Source of the DNA: a virus
Taxonomy: Duplodnaviria > Caudoviricetes
DNA: 60,016 nt
Reading direction: 5' to 3' (one strand)
IMG/VR virus record: IMGVR_UViG_3300045767_000001
Location: 1-60,016 of that record
The number at the start of each line of letters is the position of its first letter. Position 1 is the first letter of the stretch. The notes below the pieces were generated by a model that was given only the letters and a program-made list of their open reading frames with translations, was not told the origin of the DNA and ran no database searches. The translations under genes were made by a program, and so were the position numbers. This document shows positions 53,862 through 60,016 of the stretch, in pieces.

Positions 53862-54244
53862 GGTGCGCTACTAAGCGATGCGCCGGAGCCTTCGGCCTCC
53901 ATCTTGTACGCCGACAGCAGAGAGCGCTGCGCCTCGATGCCGGTCTTGATCGCGCTGATTCGCTTCTCCATCCTGCGACGCTTGGACACCAGCGACAGGT
54001 AGTCAGACGCGATCTCTTTCGGCACCGACCGGCGCGCCATCGTTTCCCGGAGCTTCTCGGCCGGAGGCTTCTCGCCGGCCTCCTGGGCTTGCTCAACAAG
54101 ATGGATTTCGTAGTCCTCCAGCCACTCTGTGTACTGCGCCTCCACGGGCTCCAACCGACGCTCGGTGACGGCCAAGCCCTTGGATAGCTCGTCGAGCTCG
54201 ACGGCGAACGCGTCGAGGCGCTCCATGCAGACCGCGGCGCTCAT
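53843..54244 (-). CDS. Coiled-coil recombination-associated protein
   Basis: Helical; directly downstream of the exonuclease. Confidence 0.55.
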   Translation of the reverse strand: MSAAVCMERLDAFAVELDELSKGLAVTERRLEPVEAQYTEWLEDYEIHLVEQAQEAGEKPPAEKLRETMARRSVPKEIASDYLSLVSKRRRMEKRISAIKTGIEAQRSLLSAYKMEAEGSGASLSSAPWPISA

Positions 54245-55038
54245 CGCAACCCACCCCCCGGGCATGAATCCCAGAAGCCGCACATGCGATGGCTGCACCA
54301 CCAGGCACCCGGAACGGCCATGCTCCAGTTGTCCGTTTCAAGGCGCCACGCCATTTCGGCCGCCACCGCGTACAGTCGGTCTACGAACATGTCCAACTGC
54401 CTGTCAGTCCTCACGGTGGGGACGATCTCGGCGTAGGGCGTCTTGGTCTTGACGAGCGTGTGGAACTTGAACACCGGCGCTGGGTTGCCCTCTGCCCTAC
54501 GGGCGAGCAGGTAGGGAGCGACCGCGATTTCGGTGTCCGCGACCGCTTTGCTCATCCGGGTGCCACGGACCTTCCGGTCAACGACGGCCCCGTCGGCTTC
54601 CTCCAGGTCGATGTAGCCGAGGAAACCCCAGTCCACGTCTGCGAGCTCCAGCTTGAACTCGCGCTCCGCGCTCACGGGCTCCAGGTGCGGGGCGACGTCC
54701 CGGTCGTATGCCTCGATCGCCTTGACGCCCGTGTCCTTGACGTCGCCGGGCTTGTCTTGGCCCCACTCGATTTCCTCGCGCTCGGAGCGCTCGTCCCACT
54801 CGTCACTGAACACGTCCCGCACATCGCCCGGGCGCTCTCCGGACTCGATCTGCATACTGTCGGCCCACGCCTCTGCGGCATGAACGGCGGAGCCGAGGAC
54901 CATGCTGCCGCTCGGCGCTTCGTATTCACGATCGACATACCGGCGTCGCCAGCGCTCGGGGCAGCGAAGGAAGGTAGAAAGCGACGTGGCCGACAGGTGA
55001 TCGACCGGCAGCGAGCGGGGTATCTCTAGCGTGGTCAT
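54241..55038 (-). CDS. PD-(D/E)XK (RecB/Cas4-like) exonuclease
   Basis: HLSATS...CP, GSAVH, GYIDL, VVDRK and C..CGF..SC motifs. Confidence 0.85.
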   Translation of the reverse strand: MTTLEIPRSLPVDHLSATSLSTFLRCPERWRRRYVDREYEAPSGSMVLGSAVHAAEAWADSMQIESGERPGDVRDVFSDEWDERSEREEIEWGQDKPGDVKDTGVKAIEAYDRDVAPHLEPVSAEREFKLELADVDWGFLGYIDLEEADGAVVDRKVRGTRMSKAVADTEIAVAPYLLARRAEGNPAPVFKFHTLVKTKTPYAEIVPTVRTDRQLDMFVDRLYAVAAEMAWRLETDNWSMAVPGAWWCSHRMCGFWDSCPGGGLR

Positions 55039-55730
55039 ATCGCCAGGTCCGCCGGATCCGCACGGTCGATGCCGGCGAGGATCGCGTCGATGTACTTGGC
55101 TGGCAGCCGGTCCATCGCCCTTCTCAGCCACCCTTCGGCGTCGGACTGCGAGTTGAAGTCGCGCGGCTCGGATTCGGTGGCAGCAAGAACGATGTTGGCG
55201 AGGTCGATCGGCGGGAGTCCCTTCTCGCCAGCCTTGCCGTTGATCAACCCCCGCTGTTTCGCCGTGGCGGTAAGCTCTGTCTGCTGGGCCGGACCGGAGC
55301 TGACACGCGCCTCGCCGTTTGACCGGCTGGCCCTCGCCCCCTCGTCGTCCTCATCAGCACACAGGCCGAGGACCGCGAGGATGGTGTACCGGCGCATGTA
55401 GGTGATCGCCGACCCCATCCCCTGCGAGTCCTGCTTCGTCAAGATCAGCGGGACGTCGCCCTCAATCTCCACCGACGTAGAGGCATGGATCAGCCGGTAG
55501 CGCAGCATCACGCCCTCCGGCCGGTAGACAGGCATCGTGACCCACAGCAGCCCATGCTTGTTCAACGCCGGCATGACCTGCTCCATCAGCGCGTCGAGGG
55601 ACAGGTACTTGGAGCGGAACGCTGGGTTGATCTTGTCCTTGGCGAGCGTGATGCTCTCGCACTGAACCGCCAGCAGGGCGTCCATGATCGTCGCGTGTTG
55701 GGGCGCCTCAACAGGCTCGACGGCGCTCAT
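55035..55730 (-). CDS. ERF-family single-strand annealing protein
   Basis: NPAFRSKY.SL and QGMGSAITYMRRY...GL..DEDD motifs. Confidence 0.88.
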   Translation of the reverse strand: MSAVEPVEAPQHATIMDALLAVQCESITLAKDKINPAFRSKYLSLDALMEQVMPALNKHGLLWVTMPVYRPEGVMLRYRLIHASTSVEIEGDVPLILTKQDSQGMGSAITYMRRYTILAVLGLCADEDDEGARASRSNGEARVSSGPAQQTELTATAKQRGLINGKAGEKGLPPIDLANIVLAATESEPRDFNSQSDAEGWLRRAMDRLPAKYIDAILAGIDRADPADLAI

Positions 55731-56068
55731 CGCCGTCCCTCGCCCAGAGCAGCGTCAAGCGTGTCCTCGCCCACGAGCCCGTGCACGACATGCCCGACCA
55801 ACGTGTCCGGGACCGTCCGGCCGCGCGTGAAATCCTCCGCGAGGTTCGCGTCCAGCTCCCGGTCAACGATCTCCACCCAGTCCCGTAGCTGAGCCTCGGT
55901 CGCAGCCGTCAACACAGCCTCCGCAACAGGCCGGTAGTAGCCGTCCGGGGCGATCTGCGCGCGCCGTGCCTCGCCAGCAAGCACCGCTTGATCGAAACGC
56001 CTCCGATCCTCAGCGGGAATCTCGTCCTCTGGCGCTCGGTAGATGTTGCCTTTAGCGTCCATCGTCAT
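55727..56068 (-). CDS. Hypothetical protein
   Basis: AAGGA RBS. Confidence 0.55.
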   Translation of the reverse strand: MTMDAKGNIYRAPEDEIPAEDRRRFDQAVLAGEARRAQIAPDGYYRPVAEAVLTAATEAQLRDWVEIVDRELDANLAEDFTRGRTVPDTLVGHVVHGLVGEDTLDAALGEGRR

Positions 56069-56080
56069 GTCCTTTCCTCC

Positions 56081-56102
56081 GGGCCATCAAAGTGGATACC
56101 CC
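56081..56102. promoter_or_regulatory. 22-bp dyad motif, copy 3 (1 mismatch)
   Basis: GGGCCATCAAAGTGGATACCCC. Confidence 0.6.
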
Positions 56103-56482
56103 GTCTTCGAGGAGGCGAAGATCAAGCGGACGGTGACCGGGTCCACTGCCTCGATCGTCGGCGTCTCCTGCCCAATGATCACCGCGTCGCAGACTTGGGC
56201 GCGGTCCGTGAATAGGTTGTAGAAGATGTCCCCACCGAAGTGCCGGTGAAGCTCGAAGTGCCCACCGGACTCCACCTTTTGCCACCGGCCGCCGAGAGCC
56301 TTCGCGCGCACCACCAGTTCCTCACGGCTGACGAGGTACTCAAGCGCGTAGAACGATCCAGTCGGCAGTTCCGCGTCGGGATGCCCCTCCAGGAAGTCGG
56401 CGAACGCCCGGAGTCCCGCGATCTTCGCGGCACGCTCCTCCTCGGCCTTCTGCTCCACTTCGTCATCTATGATGCTGCTCAT
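56087..56482 (-). CDS. Hypothetical protein
   Basis: IAGLRAFADFLE.HP actinophage-like motif. Confidence 0.6.
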   Translation of the reverse strand: MSSIIDDEVEQKAEEERAAKIAGLRAFADFLEGHPDAELPTGSFYALEYLVSREELVVRAKALGGRWQKVESGGHFELHRHFGGDIFYNLFTDRAQVCDAVIIGQETPTIEAVDPVTVRLIFASSKTGYPL

Positions 56483-56488
56483 CGGAAC

Positions 56489-57153
56489 TCACTTTCCGGT
56501 CATGCCCGTGGCTGGTTGCACAGCGTGCGGGCGCTTTACTGGCTGAACTGAAACGGCTACCGCCGAGGTCAACGGGCGCGAGTGCTCCGCCGCCCGACGC
56601 TCAGCGTCACGTGCGTCGAGGTCGGCTGCGTGTCTGCGGCGCAGCTTCAACGAGACGAGTTCCTGGCCGAGAGTCATCGCGGCAGCCGCCCCTGACCCTC
56701 GATGTTGAAGCGCTGGACGGCAACCACGAATGGTTCAAGCGCGCCGCCAGCGTTACGCGCGGCGGCCACCATGTCCGGTGCGATACCTGAAGCGCGTAGA
56801 CCGCGGTGCCCATGGACGATCAGCCAGAGCACCTGGCCCGAGTCTCCATAAGTCTGTGGCAGGAAACGCACAAGAAAGCCCGTGTCCTGATCGTCTGGGT
56901 CTAGCGCCATCCTTCAGCCCTCCCGTCCCGCAAGGGCACCCACTTCGGCAGCGAATGGTTCGCCGTACACCGCCGCCATGTGCAGGTCGAAGTCAGCCTT
57001 CCGGCCTTCCCATCCGCACCAGCAGCCGAAGCACATGACCGTCTGCCCCTCGTACCATGGGATAGCGTGGCTGAATGCGTGCCTTACGCCCCTCGAATCC
57101 ATCACCGGATCGCATAGGTTCTTGTCGCGAATCGAGGCCAATGCGTCGCTCAC
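56489..57153 (-). CDS. Three small hypothetical genes (56489..56677, 56674..56910, 56914..57153)
   Basis: Closely coupled ORFs with RBSs. Confidence 0.5.
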
Positions 57154-57154
57154 G

Positions 57155-57385
57155 GCTCAGCCCTCCTGTCCCGCGCGGCGTGTCACGACGCAGGGCCTCC
57201 GTAGACGCTGCCGTCCGGACTCCAACGCGACAGCGTTGCCGTCACACACTGGAGCCGGGTAACGATCAGTGACCAGGTGCTCAGGAGGGTCGCTTAGCGG
57301 TGCTCCTGATTGATGGTGGAGACTTGATGACTGTCCGCGTTGGTAGGCGGACAAGCGACCCTCCTCAACACCCGGGCCAGGTGTT
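57155..57385 (-). ncRNA. Highly structured intergenic RNA
   Basis: 20-bp stem 57276..57295/57353..57372 (2 mismatches) enclosing two hairpins, plus a further long hairpin. Confidence 0.5.
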
Positions 57386-57674
57386 ACTCGAACGTTTCCA
57401 CCACCTCGGTCTTGATCTTCCGGTTGTGCCAGCTCACCGCACTCGACGGCACCACCAGGAAACGGCCCTCCTTCGGCTCGCCGCCGTTCGCCGCCACGGC
57501 CTTCTTGATCGCATCCTTGCGAGACGCCGCCGTGATCCATTCCGTCACGCAGACGAGGCTCTTTTCGGCGTTCTCCACGAACACCGAAAACGACGCCGGC
57601 GCCTTCGTTCTCGCCGGCTTCGGGTCCGCTGCCGCCTTCAGCCGGGACTGAGCATCGTTCAACGCTGCCTCCAT
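57384..57674 (-). CDS. Hypothetical protein
   Basis: GAAGGA RBS; 96 aa. Confidence 0.55.
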   Translation of the reverse strand: MEAALNDAQSRLKAAADPKPARTKAPASFSVFVENAEKSLVCVTEWITAASRKDAIKKAVAANGGEPKEGRFLVVPSSAVSWHNRKIKTEVVETFE

Positions 57675-57932
57675 CACTGTCCTTCCTGTCGCTGGTTATG
57701 GTCTGCACGGACGGCAGGGCTGGGGGGAGCCCGGACACCGCACCGGTAGACGCTCGGGTTATGGGCCCTGCGTCGCCGTCAGCCAAGGTGATGAAGCTCG
57801 GCGAGGCTGCATTACCGGCTGATACAGCGGCGTCGCGCGCCGCCCGTGCAGAATCAAGATCCAGAACCGACTCGTCCCAGCCGTCAAGCTGAGAATCGGT
57901 CAGCGTGACCGGACGGTCGTCGTCGAAGGGGA

Positions 57933-58432
57933 TCACGCGACACATCGCAGCCACTCGTCCACGCGTAGTGCTTCCCCTACGGCGCAATCGATGTCCTCGC
58001 GGGTGTCGCCGACATAGATCGTGACTCGCCACCACAGCTCTTTCTCGCCGTTCACGGACCGGCCGAGCATGATCTTGCTGCGCTCGGCGAGCTGTTCACG
58101 GTCCGGCCGCGGCTGGTCCTGGAGGAGACTAGGCCCACGTTTGGCCATGCAACTCGGGCAGCCTTCGCCGAGGTAGGCGCCGTGGCGAGAGCACACCCGC
58201 TGCATGGCGTTCATCGCCGGCTCTCCTGTCCCCGAAGCCAGAACGCAGCTTCAGCAGCAAGCAGGTCCGCACGCCGTTCAGCGTCCGCTTCCTCCCGCTC
58301 ACGCAAACGTTCCAGCTGCCACCGTCGAAGATGCTCATCAGCACGACCCGCCACGACACAAAGCCCGACAATGAGCGCAACGCCGCTGAGGACGAACACC
58401 GCGAAGCCACACCAGAAAACCAAGGGGCTCAT
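57933..58432 (-). CDS. Two small genes (57933..58214 zinc finger; 58211..58432 membrane)
   Basis: CSRHG...CPSC; TM helix; ATGA coupling. Confidence 0.5.
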
Positions 58433-59025
58433 GCGGCCACCTGAAAGTCATGGACGGTTTTGCCGCGATGCCGTAGCCGAAAGTACACGTTCCTCTCGGT
58501 CCAGCCAAAGCAGTCCGCCCCCTCCTTCGCCGTGAAGCCCTCGCGCAGAAGCCTTTCGACCTCTGCCTGTGTCCCGGGGCGGCGGTCGCAGCGAAGTTCG
58601 AAGCCGGCCCGCAGGAGCAGGTCGTTCCAGTTGCCCTGTCCTGTGATGGTTGACGCTGCGGGGTGGTGGGCGCTCGCCGCGCGCCACTCGGTACAGGTCG
58701 GGGGCACGCCGCCATGACTGTCGGCCCATTCCTGCATTGCGAGGATGACAGCGTCGTCGGGCCATTCGCGGCAGTCCTGGCATACCTTCGGTGCGCAGCC
58801 GGGGCCCCTACTACCGTCGGTCGGTTTGCCGCATTCGCGACAACTGCCCGCGTAGCGGCGCTTGCGCTCGCGGTCCGCCGAACGCTCCGGGTCCAGGACC
58901 CAGCTCGCCGCAGTCTTGAGCGGCACGCCGAGTCGTTCACCGATCGCGCGATAGGCCAAGCCCTCGGCCCTCAATGCTCGTGCCTGAGCCCGCAGGCCGA
59001 TGGGATAGGTCGTTCCTTTAGGCAT
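58429..59025 (-). CDS. HTH/zinc-finger DNA-binding protein with HNH-associated repeat
   Basis: GLAYRAIGERLGV HTH; CRECG..C..C; W.DD.VI...HG..PT..EW repeat. Confidence 0.65.
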   Translation of the reverse strand: MPKGTTYPIGLRAQARALRAEGLAYRAIGERLGVPLKTAASWVLDPERSADRERKRRYAGSCRECGKPTDGSRGPGCAPKVCQDCREWPDDAVILAMQEWADSHGGVPPTCTEWRAASAHHPAASTITGQGNWNDLLLRAGFELRCDRRPGTQAEVERLLREGFTAKEGADCFGWTERNVYFRLRHRGKTVHDFQVAA

Positions 59026-59064
59026 GCGGCCCCTGGGCTTTCTCCTGCGGAACGGTCGGGGCGC

Positions 59065-59337
59065 TCATGCTGTCGCACCCATGTCGAACACGTGAAAGAC
59101 GAGGTCCGTCGCTTCGGGCCGGGTCACGAACGTGCCGACGTACTGCGCCCCATCGAGGACTGACAGGCCGGTTGGGTGGATGAGTATGCCGCGGGAGACA
59201 AACTCAGCGTGAGGGTCCACGAGCGCCCACACGTACGCCACGCCGTCCTGTACGCCGACGTGGAGGAGCTTTGCGCCACGCGGCATCCGGGTGCCGGACC
59301 CAGGGCTGAGCAGGTACTTGTGGACGACCTGGCTCAT
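59065..59337 (-). CDS. Conserved small phage protein
   Basis: VHKY.L...MP.GAK.LHVG.Q...VWALVD...YVGT...LVFHVF. Confidence 0.7.
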   Translation of the reverse strand: MSQVVHKYLLSPGSGTRMPRGAKLLHVGVQDGVAYVWALVDPHAEFVSRGILIHPTGLSVLDGAQYVGTFVTRPEATDLVFHVFDMGATA

Positions 59338-59594
59338 GCGGCCCCTCGATCGAGGGTCGCGGCGTACAGATCCATGCACACCACGCAATCATCCGGACGC
59401 GCCGGTCCCGGCGGGTGCGAGTCCCGGGTGCTGGTGTAGGGCTGGCCGCAGAGGGAGCGTTCGCCGGGCACCACTGGGCGTCCCTCAACATCGCCGGGGA
59501 AGATGTGGAACAAGGCGTCCTGAGCCGCGTCCGTGACGGCGTGAACCTCCGCCGGGAAAGCCGTGGCGCCTCGACGCGGCGTCGGGGCGCTCAT
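59334..59594 (-). CDS. Small zinc-binding protein
   Basis: H...SLCG...CVVC. Confidence 0.5.
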   Translation of the reverse strand: MSAPTPRRGATAFPAEVHAVTDAAQDALFHIFPGDVEGRPVVPGERSLCGQPYTSTRDSHPPGPARPDDCVVCMDLYAATLDRGAA

Positions 59595-59821
59595 GCGGCC
59601 ACGTCCTCGGCGTCGGGCCAGAGGAGGCTCGCCGCGACTTCGACCGCACGGGCGATTTCCTCACGCCGGCTGGCGACCGGCACATACTCGCCGGTAACCC
59701 AAGCACCCACCTGGCGGCGGTCGCAGTGGAGCACACGCGCGAGCCCGGCCTGGCTGAGGCCCTTGCGCACCAGGGCTTCCCGGAGCGGTGTGCGCGTTTC
59801 GCTTGCGAGTCGTGGGGGCAT
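59591..59821 (-). CDS. Cro-like XRE HTH regulator
   Basis: GLSQAGLARVL..DRRQV.AW..G...P; AAGGA RBS; first gene of the operon. Confidence 0.8.
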   Translation of the reverse strand: MPPRLASETRTPLREALVRKGLSQAGLARVLHCDRRQVGAWVTGEYVPVASRREEIARAVEVAASLLWPDAEDVAA

Positions 59822-59873
59822 CTCGTCCTTTCCGTGAGCACACGTTCACGCTGCTGTTACCGTGCGAGAACCC

Positions 59874-59903
59874 ACCGTACCGTAGCCCGCCCACCCCTGT
59901 CAA
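59874..59903 (-). promoter_or_regulatory. Sigma70/SigA-type early promoter
   Basis: TTGACA (59903..59898), 18-nt spacer, TACGGT (59879..59874), upstream of cro. Confidence 0.7.
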
Positions 59904-60016
59904 GGGTCTGGCTGAAAGAATTTTGCATCTGCAGCTCGAACCGCGCCCGCCGCGCCGGCAGCTCCCAGGCTCTTCGAGGCCGCGTGGTTTGTCAGCGCAC
60001 ACATCGCCTAAAAAAA
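59890..60016. repeat. Direct terminal overlap, right copy
   Basis: Identical to 1..127. Confidence 0.95.

Noticed and set aside
54241-55038. Cas4 as part of a CRISPR system
   Set aside because: No cas1/cas2 or array. Adjacency to ERF indicates a recombination exonuclease.
57157-58035. 292-aa ORF as a single gene
   Set aside because: It overlaps two better-supported genes and structured RNA. Only the first 45 or so codons from GTG 57936 look protein-like.
59085-59100. parS-like CACGTGAAA
   Set aside because: Only a half match, explained by the FHVF codons; no ParA/ParB genes.
59890-60016. 127-bp terminal repeat as a biological DTR
   Set aside because: The length equals a common assembly k-mer, and the HNH/terminase/cos-like region suggests ends elsewhere. 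Treated as a circularisation overlap.

Overview
The window is an apparently complete, circularly assembled genome (59,889 bp plus a 127-bp end overlap) of a high-GC tailed dsDNA phage with a contractile tail. The host is most plausibly an actinomycete; Solirubrobacterales/Thermoleophilia is an inference from domain content. Almost all genes lie on the minus strand. From the right end they run: sigma70-type promoter and Cro-like HTH, small early genes, ERF plus PD-(D/E)XK recombination pair, three DNA methyltransferase loci, replication initiator fragment, HNH/terminase/portal/protease/HK97-fold capsid, a 10.5-kb block of fibre/decoration-like genes, neck/sheath/tube/TAC/tape measure/baseplate, and lysis. 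I found no integrase, CI repressor, DNA polymerase, reverse transcriptase or CRISPR array. The most unusual signals are: (1) a tRNA-centred set: a CCA-less initiator tRNA with C33 abutting an RlaP-like nucleotidyltransferase, two phosphatases and four further tRNA-like or anticodon-mimic structures; (2) an RHH gene whose tail is a mosaic of 18-24 bp exact copies of neighbouring genes; (3) a gene cassette inserted with duplication of the portal 5' end; (4) a split C5-methyltransferase with an HNH insertion and its catalytic Cys shifted out of frame; (5) a thrice-repeated 22-bp dyad motif. All calls are from motif recognition by eye; no database searches were run.
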